Source: Elusimicrobiota bacterium
GTDB lineage: Bacteria > Elusimicrobiota > Elusimicrobia > F11
NCBI GenBank assembly: GCA_044221725.1
Contig: JBGAON010000001.1
Location: 384,001 to 448,000 of the forward strand
Direction: 5' to 3'
DNA: 64,000 nucleotides
The first letter of the stretch is position 1, and every line of letters begins with the position of its first letter. The notes beneath the pieces were generated by a model. The model searched no databases. It was not told where the DNA came from and saw only the letters and a program-made list of their open reading frames with translations. The position numbers and the translations under genes are program-made. Shown in pieces: positions 23,319 through 38,300 of this stretch.

Positions 23319-26300
23319 ATGCACGCCGCCCCTGCCACGAACCTGCGTTTTTCCTTCCCTCCTTTGGCATTCCTCGCCCTTCTTCTCTCGACCTTTTTTC
23401 TAGGAGGTCTGCGCAATGTCCAGGCGATCACTTGTATTTCGGCTAACACCGGCAATTGGAACAGTGCCACGACGTGGGGGACGTGCGGTGGCGCGACGCC
23501 CGGGTTGAGCGATACCGTCATCATCGGGACGCACACGGTAACACTGAACATCTCAACTGCGGTTGCCACTGTCGTTATACATTCGACCGGCGTGCTGACG
23601 ATGGCGGCAGGCTCCACACTGACTGTTACTGGGAATTTTATTTTGAACCAACCGGGCGCCGACAATTTGACGAACGGATGGTTTATTAATAACGCCACCG
23701 CGGCCGTCAACGGAATTCTTCATTCGACGGGAGCCGCAGCGACGAGTCGAACATCCACGGTCACATTTGTGAGTGGAATGTTGACGGTGTCTACGCTTTC
23801 TTTCGTATCGAGCGTAGCAACAAATAAAATTATCAATATGACCGGTGGTGCTGGCACGCTGAATATCACCAACACCTTAAAGTTTTCAACCAGCGTAACG
23901 TTGAATGCCGGTACGCAAAGCGTCATAACCTTCAATGGTGGCGTGAACCAGGTTATTCCGAGTACGTGGGGGGTGGGTGGATACAATCATCTTTGGATAA
24001 AGCCCACTGTAAACGCGACGGTAAAAACCTTGCTGGGCGGTCACTTAAGGATGGCCGATTGGGTTATGGGCAATGGTGTGAATTCCGTAACCATAACGGC
24101 CGCAACCAACAAACCCATCATTTTTTCTTCCGGTAACGTAACGATCAATAATTCCGTCACCTATACGAAAGGAACCAGTTCAACAACATTTCAACCCACT
24201 GGCACCGTGACGTGGACGGACAATAATGCCACCAAGCAAGACATGGGCGTGGTGCGAATAGAAGCTGGGCAAACAACCCCCACGGTGAATCTGGGGTCCG
24301 GCGTCAAGGTTTCTACGATGGTGATTTCGGCGGGTCACGGATTGAGTGCGAACGGCGCGAATATGATCGAGCTCACCGCCAACGGTACACCGTTCACGAA
24401 CAACGGAACGTTCACGTATTCGACCGGAATCGTCCGTTATTCGGGCAATAACACAACAAATATTGCCGCTCTCCCTGGGACCGCTGGTACGAACGGCTAT
24501 TACGATTTGGAGGTGAAACCTTCGGGTACCACAGCGCATACGCTCGGTACCGCCGCGTCCCAGACAATAGCAGTAAACAATGTGTTAACTGTTGGAGACG
24601 GTACCAATGCGGGAGCTTCTGGAGCAACGAATAGTCCGGTGATATTGGTATCAAGCAGCGTTGTAATTAACCCGGCAGCAACTTTTACCGCGGGGAATAG
24701 TTCGATGACGGTGGGCGGCAACTGGGTGAACAACAGCACCTTCACTGCCAATTCGTCCACGGTTATTTTTAATGGGGCCGGGCTTCAGCAATTGTCTCGC
24801 TCGACTACCTTTTTCTGTTTGTCCGCGATTACGAGCGGCGCCACTCTGCAAATGACCGCGGGCACGACGATTTTTGCAACAAACATTTTAGAGTTACGGA
24901 ATATTAGTTTGAAGTCGCCGGTCAGTGGCGCCACGTGGTATTTCACATTCACTGGGTCCAGCCAGACATTGACCAACTTGAGCGTACGAGATTCCAACGC
25001 GAATTTGGGAACAACATTATTCCCCGACACGGCGAGTATCGATTCCGGCAACAACAGGAACTGGGCGTTTGGCGATCGTCGTTACTGGGTGGCCAGCGGT
25101 GCCTCGAGCTGGAGTTCGATCAACGGCTGGTCCTATTCGAGCGGCGGAAAAGTGGGCGCACCGGTTCCAACCGCGACGCACACGGTCGTGTTTGACGGAA
25201 GTAGTCTTAGCACGTGCACGATAAACACAAATATCACGATCTCCAGTTTTACAATGGCAGGGTTTTCCGCCCGGTTGAACACCAGTGGATACGACTTTGT
25301 TGTGTCGAGCAACGTGACGCAGACAAGCGGGGCAATAGCTTTAAGCACGTCACAAGTGACGCTGCAGGGGGATTTGTTGCGGGTTGGCGGAATTTGGGAT
25401 GCCGGTATCTCGACGATTACTTTCTCCGGTTCTCAGAACCAAACGTTAACTCCGAATGCCACCGGCTTTGCTCATCTCGTTTCCAGTAAAACTGCGGGGG
25501 CTGTATTGACGTTGGGAGGAAACCTGATCGTTGGCGGAAACTTTCTCGTTGGCAATGGCACGTTCTCAACCAGCGGCAGTAATTTTTGGATGAGTGTAGC
25601 GGGTGATGTTTCTATCAGTGGTGGCACGCTAAGGCTCAATGCTTCGACGGTTAGCGTAGCGGGAAATTGGAGTCGGACCAGCGGAACCCTTGACGCCGGC
25701 GTTTCAACTGTCAGTTTCAATGGTACTGGAGCGCTTAAAATAACATCGGGCGGGCAATTGTTTAGGTTTGTGGAATTTATTGGGCCCAGCGGTATTTGGA
25801 CATTACAAGACAATTTCAATCTATACAGCTTAACGATCACGACTGGAAGCTTAGATACAAACGGTTCGTTTAATTACGCTGTAAATATAGCGAGCGATGT
25901 AATTTTTACGGATGGTACGTGGGCGGCTAATTTGTCTCAAATGACGGTGGGGGGAAATTGGACTAAAACAACAGGCACGTTCACTGGAACACTATCCACA
26001 GTCACCTTTACGGCAAATGATGCGAGAAGTATTGATGCTGGATTTTACGCTGGCGACCAGTTCGGGTATGTGGATTTTAATGGTACCGATGGTGTATGGA
26101 CAATTCAGCCGGATCCCCTTTACGCTGTGAGATGTCTCAAAATAACAACTGGTACCGTGAATGTGGCAACTTATGTGGTGGCACGCGATTCCCTTATCCA
26201 AACGGGGGGTACTCTTGAGCTCAATACGTCAGATTCGAGTTATACGTCAGGCCCTTTCACCATTACGGGAGGCTCGTTTAATGCCTCTCGATCAACGTTC

Positions 26301-29300
26301 ACGGTGTTCCCTACGGGTTCCAACGTAGGTCTTGACTCCAATGGGCGTTTGTTTGGGACATTGCTCATAAGTCAAGTTGGAGGCCGAACAATCACTCTTC
26401 GAAGTCCGTTAAGAGTAAAAGATCTTTTGTCTATCCAGGATTCCGCAACCTTGGATACGGGCGTATCAGGAAATTATGGCGTGTTTGTTACTTCGAATGT
26501 GAATATCCAATCGGGTGGTATATTCACAGCGCGGGGATCTTCAATTGCAGTTGGAGGAAACTGGTACAACTCCGCGACATTCAACGCCAATACCTCTACG
26601 GTCATTTTCACTGGTTTGTCCGGTATTCAAACCATTTCTGATTCAACAACCTTTTACGGGTTAAGAGCTATTACTCCCGGGGCCACGATTGCTTTTACGC
26701 CTGGCAGCACGCAATACGTAACAAACATGGTGGAATTTCGCAACGTTGGATTGCTTTCCTCTGGTGCCAGCGGATCCACGTGGTATTTCACTTATCATGG
26801 GTCAAGCCAGACACTAAGCAATTTGCGCGTGCGCGATTCAGACGCGAGCGCGAGCGCGGGTGGAATCATGAATGCAAACGACGGAACCAGCGTCAACATC
26901 TCTAACAACACCAACTGGAACTTCACCAATACCACGGATAATGGAATTCGCTATTGGATTGGATCGGGCGCCGGTAAAGTGTGGAATGACGCGAACAATT
27001 GGTCTATTGGCTCCGGCGGTTCATCGTCGGGTGGTGTCCCAATGGCAACGCATACCGTTGTGTTCGACGGAGCAAGTCTTAGCACGTGTACCGTAAACAC
27101 GAACGTTACGATTTCCAGTTTAACGATAGCTGGATTCTCCGCGCAGTTAAATGATGTTGGCTACAACTTCACGGTATCAAGCAATGTGACCCAAACGAGC
27201 GGGTCGATAGTGTGGAGCACCTCACAAGTGACGCTTCAAGGAGATTTGATTCGCGCTGGCGGAAGTTGGGATGCCGGTAGCTCAACCATCACAATTTCAG
27301 GAACCCAAAACCAGACATTGACGCCAAACGCGACGAACTTTGCTTATGTTCTTATTAACAAAGGCGGTGGCACTCTGTCGTTATCCGGCCAATTGTTCGT
27401 AACAATGGATTGGAACAACTCGACCACACCGAATATCGGCACGGGCAGCACGGTGACATTCTCCGGCACAACCGTTCAAAAACTATCAGGGAATACGACG
27501 TTCTATGCGATTCGAGCTATCACCACAAACGCAACCGTTCAGTTCGCGGCGGGCAGCACGCAGTACGCGCTGAGCATGGTGGAATTCCGCAACGTGAGTC
27601 TGTTGTCGCCCACGAATGGAGCGACCTGGTACTTCAGTTTCCAAGGTTCAAGCCAAACTTTAAGAGGAATCCGCGTGCGCGATTCCATTGCCTCCGTTAG
27701 CAATGGTCTCGTGTTGTACGCAAACGACGGCACGAGTGTGGACATGGGAGACAATACCGCTTGGAATTTTGGTTCGTCGATCACGGCCGTGAGAAATGGA
27801 AACTGGTACAGCCGTGTTGCAGGGGCGCCCTGGTCCAACGGGTTGGTTCCACTGTCCATTGATACGGTCACTATCCAAGGTGGCGTTGTTGTAACGGCGA
27901 CGGGGTCTGTGGTTGTGACGTCGGTAACCGTAGCTTCCACCGGAGAATTGGATTTGGACGGCACGAACAGTGCGGTGATATTCACGATAAAAAACAACGG
28001 TCGAATAAATAATAACGGCGTTGTAAAAGTCGCGAACACATCGAATAGCGTGACGCTGCAAGGAGAAAGCGGGGGATTCTTTACATTTTCCGGAAACAAC
28101 ATCAATTTCAATGGAAAAACGTTGAACATGGGAAATGTGTACTACAGCACGAACGCGGCGTTGGCCTCCGGGGAAACAATTTCGTTGGTTGGAACCTCAA
28201 CATTCACACAAATTACCGCCGCGAGCGGATCCTCTTTTATTCAAGGAACCAATTGTGATCTTATTTTGAAAAGCAGTGCTTCTTTTGCGGCGGGCACTTT
28301 CACGCGCGGAACCGGAACCGGTCGATTGCTTTTGTATGGAGATTTGTCACTCAATTCTTCAAACCAAAACATGGGTGCTGTTATCGTCGGAGCCAGCCCC
28401 GACACGACGCGTCTGACATCCGATTTTTCGGCGGCGAGCCTCACCGTGTCCGCCGGCGACATTTTCCAAACAGCGGGTTATGAAGTAACCGTAACGACCG
28501 ATATTGTTATCAACGGAACTCTTGACGCTACCGACAGCGCCCCCAGCAACGAAGGCGATGGTTCGTTGCTCACGTTGGGTGGGCAGTGGAACCAGGCGAT
28601 CTCGAGCACCTATACGTTTGCAACCTCCACGGTGTCCTTTAATACCGTGACTGTTTCGACAATTTCGGGTCCGGCCACATTCTATGCGTTGCGAGCCATA
28701 AACAGTGGAACGACACTTTATTTCTTGGCCGGTTCCACGAATTACGTGACCAATTCCGTCGAGTTTCGGAGGGTCGGATTGCTTTCCCCCACCTCGGGTG
28801 CCACGTGGTATTTCAGTTACACCGGCTCCAGCCAAACGCTTTCAGGGGTGCGTGTGCGCGATTCCAATGCGTCTGTTAATTCGGGTGCTACCATGAACGC
28901 GACGGACGGAACAAGCACAAATCTCGGAAACAACACGAATTGGAATTTCAACCCAAATGACAATGGAATTCGTTACTGGATCGCGAGCGGGGCGAGCAAT
29001 TGGAGCAATGTGAACAATTGGTCCACAACGAGCGGCGGATCCATTTCGGGCGGCGTACCGCTCGCCACGCACACCGTTGTATTCGACGGCGCGAGCGTGA
29101 GCAGTTGTACGGTGGACACAAACATCACCGTATCGTCGCTTACCATCGCCGGATATTCGGCACGTTTGAATATTAATGGATACAACTTTACGGTTTCGAG
29201 CAATGTGACTCAGACGAGCGGCAACGTTGTGTTGACGACCGCGCAAGTCACTTTAAGTGGCGACTTCCTGAAAGCCGGTGGGGCGTTCGACGCGGGCCAG

Positions 29301-32300
29301 TCGACGATTCAATTCACCGGTGGCCAAACGCAAACATTAACGCAAGGCGGCACCAATTTCTACAACGTGCGCGTGAACAAAACGGCCGGTACAACGCTGA
29401 CATTGGGCGGCGCCATGATTTCCTCCGGTGTGTTCATGGTGAGCGGTGGAACGCTGACAACCAGCGGAAGCAACTACGCGATCACCGTGGCAACGTCGGT
29501 GATTATGAACGGCGGAACATTAAAACTGAATTCGTCTCAAATGAATGTTGCGGGAGATTGGACCGGTAGTTCCGGAATGCTTGATGCGGGTCAGTCAACG
29601 GTCACGTTCAACGGGCGCGCCACGCAATCGCTGCTCACCGCGGGTGTTACTTTCTATAACACGCAATTTAGTTTGGTGGGAAGCACCAAATCCATTGCGG
29701 ACGCGTTGTTCGTCGGAAATATCCTCACGCAGAATTTTTCGACCCGATTCAATTCCAATAACTACGCCATCACCATCGGCAGCTCGGTAAAATTAAATGG
29801 AGATTTCCAGGCCGGAAATTCGACGATAACCGTGGCCGCGAACTTTGATATGTCGGTTGGTACGTTTACGCCTTCCTATTCGCGTGTGATTATGAGCGGC
29901 GATGGAACCATTACGTTCCGGCCCAGCGCCAATTTTTTTAATCTCGAAGTGGCTGCTGTCGGGAAAAAAACGGCGGTCGTTCCTAATCCGGCCACCGGGC
30001 CATCGCTGTTAGTTAATGGTTCGCTAAAAATAAATGGTGGTAGCCTGGATTCAACGCAAGCCTATTCAAATGCCATCATCGTGAATTCTTATGACTCAAA
30101 CGCATTGGTTCTCACGCCCGGATGGACGCACATTTACCCAAGCCGGATAACTGTGGATATGAATGTCTTTTACTCTCTGCCGGGATCGAATGCTTATAGC
30201 TACATCGACTTAATTTCCGCTTCGAATTCAACGGCTACCTTGTCCGGCAATGTTACAGCTCAAGCATTTGGAGCGGCGGGAGTATTCGATCAAATGGGCA
30301 ATGACATCACCGTGACAGAAACAAACCATACTCCTTACTATACCGGAAATGGGGACGGCGTAACTTGGTACACCCACGGCGGGCGGTTAACGTTCCCGGC
30401 GGCCGGAGCCGGATATTTGAATTGGAATTGGAGCGGCACAGACTTGGTGGCCCTGTACGCGTCGAGCTCGAGCGTAACAACGCTGGGTTCGTTTACGATG
30501 GGATCGGCTTCCGTATCAACGAATACCGTGATTCATGCAGAAACATCCACATGGCAAGTGAATGGGGATTTGGCGTTAACGGTTGGGCAATTTTTCGCTG
30601 AGCAATCGACAGTTACAATTGCTGGAAACCTCATCGGTGGCGCGCGCGGGTCCGGATCGTTTATCGCCGGGAATTCGACGGTGATTCTCGCAACCGGTTC
30701 GGCGGGCCAATCCTTGACGGGCGCCGGCTTCACATTTTCAACCATTGTTGCATCGAACACCTCGTCGAGCGGTGCAACCTTCACGTCGAGCTTTACCGCC
30801 ACGCGCTTCCGCTTGCGTCCCGCCGATCTTACGGCGTCCGCCACCGCGTATTTCGCGGGTATGTCCACGTACACCATTGGCAACTTCGATGTGGCCGGAA
30901 CCGCATCCAAATACGCGGTGCTCAAATCCACCACGTCGGGAACGCCGTGGTATCTCAACAACACGAGCACAAATTCGGTCCAATACGCGTACGTGAAAGA
31001 CTCAAACGCGTCGGCGGGCCAGACAATTTACTGTTATCCGGGCTGCGTGGACGGAGGAAACAACACGAATTGGGTTTTTGGTCGCGGTGCCATTTGGACG
31101 GGCGCTGGATCCGATAATAATTGGAGCAACGCCGCCAACTGGTCTGCCGGATTTGTGCCGAGCGGAACCGACCAAGCGCTGTTCAACGGAACCAGCAACA
31201 AGTCATGCACCATTGACATTTCCACAACCGTTGGTTCAATCGCGGTTATCGCGCCATCGACGGTGACAATTACATTGGCGTCGGGCAGCAACCTGACACT
31301 CACCAGCGAGATGAATCTCTCGACGGGCATATTCAATGCCGGTGGAAACCTTGTCACCGTCGCTGGTAATTGGACGAAAGGTGCGTCTACTACGTTTAAT
31401 GCACAGACTTCCACGGTAGTTTTCAATGGAACGAGCGTAACCACTCTAACGGGGGCAACGACGTTTTACGGATTGGTTTCTACAACAACTTCCAGCACGT
31501 TGAAATTTGCGGCAGGTTCGACAACGACCGTAACGAATAAACTAGACATTGAAAATATTTCGTTGCGCTCAACGATTGACGGTTCAGCGTGGAATTTCAG
31601 AGTTACCGCGAGCAACGTTACGGCTTTGGTGGTGAACGTTAAAGATTCGAATGCCTCGAGCGGCAACCCAATCACGGCTTTGCTTTCTGTTAATTCTGGA
31701 AATAACACCAATTGGAATTTCGCTGGCAGCAACGCCGTGCCCGACGCGTATTGGAAGTTTGACGAAGCGAGCGGATCTTTAACGGACTCAGGTCCGCTCG
31801 CCGACTCCGCGACGCCGTCTGGTTCGCCAACGTACGGTATAGCGGGCGTGAACGGCTCGGCCGTTCGTTTCAACGGGTCCGATTATTTCAACGTTGGAGC
31901 AGCGACCAGCGGAACCGTTTTTTCGTTTGCTGTTTGGGCCAACGTTAACGGATCCGATATTTCTGTTTATAACGAATGCGGAGGCGCCTACAACGAATTC
32001 TGGATTTTCCCCGACCGAAAAATAGCTTTTTACCCTCCGGGCACCGAGCCGAACACGGCGTTTCCAATGAACGAGTGGCATCACTTTGCTGCAACGTACG
32101 ACGGTAACACAATGCAGTATTACTACGACGGCCAACCGGATGGAAGTTATGTCCACGGTGCGGGGGCGCTTTTGCCTCTGCCTCTTTCGCCGCCCGTGCA
32201 AATTGGAGCGGAGTGTAATGTTGGTGCATTCCTTGGCCTTATGGACGAAATGCGCATGTATCACGTGACGCTCAGCTCGGCGCAGATTCTCGCCTTGCGG

Positions 32301-35300
32301 ACCAACAAATGGAGCGGTTTATTAAGCACCGACTTCAGCACGGCCAGCAATTGGGGCGGCGACAATTATCCGGATAACTATCGCGTGGCGCCGGGCCGTT
32401 GGGCCGACGTGTGGATTGCGACGGCGACCAACATTCCTCAACTGAGTTCGGCTACCACAAATCGTGGATTAATTATCGAACGCAACGCGGAATTGAAATT
32501 GAACGGTTACAACATTACGATCAGTAGCCAAGTGGTGAGCAGCGGAACACTCACATTAAACGGCAACGAAACCGTAACTTTCCCGTCGAACGCCAACTAC
32601 ACAAGCTCCGGCACATGGCAGTACGTTGGAGGAGCGTCTTACACGGTGAAGGATTGGGGAGTGAACGACTACTACAAACTCGTGTTTAATGGCACCGGCA
32701 CCTTCACGCTCGGCGGAAACTTAACCGTGTTGAACAACCTTGTCATTACGCAAGGTACGCTGGACTTAAACGGATTTAATCTCACGGTGAACGGGAATTT
32801 CTCGAACAGCGGAAATCTGAAATTGAAAGGGCATGAGACAGTAACGATCGGCGGCAGCACGACCAGTGTCAGCGGATCAAGCGTCACCTACACGGGCGGT
32901 TCGGCGGTGACCTTGAAACGATGGCCGTATCAGTCTCTCGTCATTAGCGGAACCGGAACATTCAACCAAGGCGAAGTAAAAACCATTTATGAAAACTTCC
33001 AAATTTCGACCGGTATCTACAAAACACAAAGTTTTGATCTAACGATCTCGACGGGTCTCGTGCAGTCAAACGGTTTAATTCAATTCGGCACGTCGGTGGT
33101 CACGCTCGGCGGCGATTTGTCGATCAGCGGAGGAACATTCGATTCCGGCTTCTCAACGATGCAATTCACAAGCGGGCTCGCGCAAAATCTGTCGCCGAAC
33201 GCGACGAACTTCTACAACATCCTTATTAATAAGACGGGTGGCAGTGTTTCGCTGAACAGCGCTCTCGATATTACGGGGAACTGGACCAACACCAGTAACA
33301 CATCGTTTGCGTCCGGCAATTCCACGATCACGTTCCGCAACTCCGGAGTTCAAAAAATAAGCGGTAACACCACCTTCTACGCGATGCGCGCGATAACAGC
33401 GAACGCAACCGTTCAATTCGCCGCCGGCTCGACACAATACGCGTTGAACATGGTGGAATTTCGAAATGTGGGACTACTGTCGCCAACCAACGGCGCGACG
33501 TGGTATTTCAGCTACAAAGGATCGAGCCAAACACTGACGAGTTTGCGCGTGCGTGATTCCAACGCGACGATCAACAACGGTACCACGATGTACGCGAACG
33601 ATGGCACTTCCATTGATCTTGGAAATAATACGAATTGGGTTTTTACCGATATCACACCCCCCAGTGCCGTAAGCGATCTTGTCGGCGTTGCCGGTGTTGG
33701 AAACGATGTGCAGCTCCGCTGGTCCGCGCCCGGGGATGATGCCAATTCGGGAGCGTTGAGCCCGGGCACGTTCCGCATCTTTTATTCGTCGGTGTCGGGT
33801 GACTTGTCCGGCTTAACCGTGAATTCGTCAACCACGGCGACGCGCAGCAAACTCGATATTTCAACCACGAGCGTGAACCCGGGTTCGGTGCAAACACGGA
33901 CGATCACCGGGTTATTGAATCTCACGAGCTATTACTTCGCGATTTTCACGGCCGACGAAATACCGAATTGGTCGGGTGTTTCGGCCGCCGCCACGTCCTA
34001 CACCGAAACATGGTTCGATTCGTCCCCGCTTGAAATCGACGGCGCGAACGGCGGCCTCGTGCAGGGGCGCGTGGCGTTCGGCGATTACGACAACGACGGC
34101 GACCTGGATATTCTCGTGAACGGAAAAGATTCGAGCAACAACCCGCAGCTGCGGATTTATAAGAACAATGGCAACGGCACCTATGACACCACGCAAATAG
34201 AAGTGGATAGCGCCTCGGGCGGCTCTTATCTCGGAGATATCGCTTGGGGAGACGCCGACAACGACGGCGACTTGGACATTTTTGAAACCGGCACGAGCAC
34301 CGATTCCACGTTTGTGTTGCGTGTGTACAAAAACAACGGCGACGGCTCGTACAACCCCACGCAAATCGAAGTAGGGCCCGCGGTAAATTACGGACTCCGA
34401 AACGGTGGACTCTCTCTTGGAGACTTTGATAACGACGGATATCTCGACATTCTCGTGAACGGCGACAATTACACAGTTATCGGTCAATTAAAAGTTTACA
34501 AAAACAATGGGGACGGAACCTTCAGCTCCACGGCGATCGAGGCTCCTGGAAGCGCCGGCTTGGGGCTCACCTACGGACGTGTGCAGTGGGGCGACTACAA
34601 CAACGATGGTTTCCTCGACATTTTGGTTTCGGGCTATGACGCGGGATTCGCTAAACAATTGCGTGTGTACAAAAACAACGGAGATGGCACGTTTGCTTCC
34701 GCGATTGATATCGATGGTTCGGGTGGCGGACTTTATAACAGCGATGTCGCGTGGGGCGATTTTGATAACGACGGCGATCTCGACATTCTCTCAAGCGGAT
34801 ACGACAGTTCGAATCAAAAACAAATTCGTGTTTATAAAAACAACGGGAACGGCACGTTTGATTCCTCGCAAATCGAAGTGGCGGGCGCCAACAATGGAAT
34901 CGCAAGCTCGGTGGCCTGGGGTGACTTTGACAACGATGGTTACCTTGATGTTCTCGTGAGCGGCTCGGACGGCACGAACAATCAGTTGCGGGCGTATCGC
35001 AACAATGGCGACGGGACATTTAACTCGACGGCCTTGGAAATCGCCGGTATTAACAACGGGGTCAGCAGCGGCAGCGCCGTGTTCGGCGACTATGACAACG
35101 ATGGCGACCTCGATATTCTTGCGAGCGGTGTGACCACCGGAACAAATTATCAACTGCGAATTTATAAAAACCGGTTGGGTTCTGTTTTGCCGAATGTCGC
35201 ACCAACGGCGCCCACCTCGCTCGTGGTTTCTTCGGGCACGGCCGGCTACCAATTCAAGTGGGCGGCCGGCACCGACCAAAGCTTTAGCGCGAACAGTTTG

Positions 35301-38300
35301 ACGTACAACCTTCGTGTCAGCACGATGTCGCAATCGTCGAGCACCGTGAGCGGTGTGTACGCGTCGCCGCTTCTCGGAAATTATTATCGACCGATGTTGT
35401 CGTCTTCGCAGCTCGGTATGAGCCTGCGCTTGGCGGCGAACACAACTTATTACTGGAGCGTGCAAACAATTGATGCGCAGCTCGGAAAGAGCGCGTACGC
35501 CACCGAAGTTTCAACTTTCATCGCGGTGACATTGCCCAATGTGATCACAGACCTGATGGCCACTTCCGGAAGCCAAGTCACACTGACCTGGTCCACGCCG
35601 TTCCCATTGCCCAATTCCTACCTCATTCGCTACTCCACGACGGGCCCTATTGTGTCGAGCACGGACTTTTCAACGGCCACCGCGCTCGGAGCGAATGGAA
35701 TCACTCCGGTTCCCGCTCCGCAGCCCTATGGACTTCACACGCTCGTGGTAACCGGTCTTATTCCCGACACAACGTATTGGTGGGTAATCAAATCATCGAA
35801 CGCGGCGGGCACAACCGCTGTGGACACATCATCGCCGCGCCCGTTCGCGATCGCGGGACCGTTCAGCGGTTATCAGATCGAAGTGGATGGTTTGAATGGT
35901 GGGCTATCGAGCGCTCGAATGACGTGGGGCGATATCGACAACGATGGCGATTTGGACCTTGTAGCAATGGGCTATGGCTCAACCAGCCCCCAACTTCGGG
36001 TGTACAAAAACAACGGAAACGGCACGTTTGATTCGAGTCAAATTGAAGTCGATGGGCTGGGCGGCGGACTCCAAGCTGGCAGCGTCACCTTGGGCGACTT
36101 TGACAACGATGGCGATCTCGATATCTTGGCCACCGGTGCGGATGCCAATGGGAAGGGCCAAACCCGCGTTTACAAAAACAATGGCGACGGCACGTTTGAC
36201 ACAAGCCAAATTGAGGTTCAGGGAATTGATGCTGGTCTGTATAACGGATCCGTCCAATGGGGCGATTTCGACAACGATGGTGACCTTGATATCTTGGCGG
36301 TTGGCGTGAGCACATCGTCGGTGCGACAATTGCGCGTGTTTAAGAACAATGGGGATGGTTCGATCAATTCCGTGGGTATCGACTTGGCCAACGCGAATGA
36401 TAGTTTGTCCCTCGCCGATGCAAAATGGGCCGATGTTGATAGCGATGGCGATTTGGATGTCATTGCCACGGGCATAGATAAATCGTCGCAATTTCGGTTT
36501 CGTGTGTATTGGAATAATGGCGACGGAACATTTAACGCAACGCCAACTGACATTGAGAGTGGCGCAAATTCTGGTTACTACCAGGGTCAGCTCGAGATTG
36601 CTGATGTGGACAATGACGGAGATCTCGATATTTTGGTCGTGGGAAACAACCAATGGGCTCAACCATCGCTAAGCCTTTACAAAAACAATGGCGACGGAAC
36701 ATTTGATACAAACCAAATTGACATCGATGGCGTTAGCGGCGGGCTCACGATCAGTTCGGTCGCCTTGGGAGATTTCGACAACGATGGCGACTTGGATATT
36801 CTCGAAACGGGCTATTACGCGACTACGTATCAGTTCCGTGTTTACAAAAACAACGGCAACGGCACGTTTGACCCAACGCAAATTGAAATTGATGGATTAA
36901 ACAACGGCCTGTACAACGGAGGCGTGGCTTGGGCAGATTTTGACAACGACGGAGATTTGGATATTGGAATGGTCGGACAAGGCGGGTACGGATATGGTCA
37001 GTTGCGGGTTTATTCAAATCTCGAAAACCTAAAGGCCAACACGAACACGGCTCCGTCGGCGCCGAGCGGCCTGGCTTCCACGTTCCAATACGGCGTTTCG
37101 CGCAGCACGCTGACGTTCAATTGGGCGAGCAACACCGCCTACGACACCGGAATGTCGTCAAACAGCGTGTACTTCAATGTCTGGATGGGCACGAACACGT
37201 TGGCGGCATCGCCGCCGGCGGGCTACGACAAAACCATCATTGCGCCGCGACAAGGATCGCCGTTCTTTGGAAATTATTTGCGCGCGGCCAACAAAGTGTG
37301 GCCCGGAAGCGGGTCCCGCCAATACGGTGTGTATTACACGACCACGCCGAACATCAGTTCAAACGCTTTAAAAACGGACACCTCTTATTATTGGCGTGTT
37401 CAAACAATCGATGCGGGTCTAAAAGAATCCGCGTGGACGAGCCAGCAAACGCTGCGCACCGATGTGGCACCGAACGCGGTGACCGACTTGGCCGCGTTAC
37501 TAACGGGAACCACGTATTCCATAAATCTCACGTGGTCGGCGCCGGGCGATGATCAAGACCAAGGTACATTGAATTCGGCCGCGTTCCGAATTTTCTATTC
37601 CACGGTCGTGACCGATATGGCCGGCTTAACGGCCACGTCGGCCGCCACAGCCACGCTCGCGCGAATTTCGGTTTCAACGTCGAGTGTCAATCCTGGATCC
37701 TCGCAAGCGTACGCGCTCACCGGTCTTGCCGCTGGGTCGCAATATTACATTCGCGTTTTCACGGGCGACGAAGTGCCGAACTGGGCGTCGATTTCGAACG
37801 GTGCCACGCAATACACAGGGACACCGATCACTGGAGACCGGTATTGGATCGGAAGTGCGGCCGGCAATTGGAGTGATGCGACGCGCTGGTCGACGTCCTC
37901 GGGGGGCGCCGCCTCCGGCGGTGTTCCGTTGTCGACGCATTCCGTTGTGTTCGACGGCGTGAACAACAGCACCGGCAATTGCACGATTGATTTGGCGGTG
38001 TCCGTTTCCACACTTTCGATAAGTGGATATTCGGGCACCGTGAACGCCGGCACCAACACGGTGACGGTTACAAATCTCTTTGCGCTGGACACCGGAGCGT
38101 TTACGGCCCCATCAAATTCTTTGCAGGTCGGACAGTTCTCCCACACGGGCGGCACGTTTGCCGCCAACAATGGAACGGTCATGCTGGCCGGCTCCGCGCA
38201 AGCTTCGCTTGTTACTTCCGGTGGTACGTCGTTCAACAATCTTACGATCAACAACGGTATCACCGGTTCGACGCAGACTCTTATGGGAAACCTTGATGTG

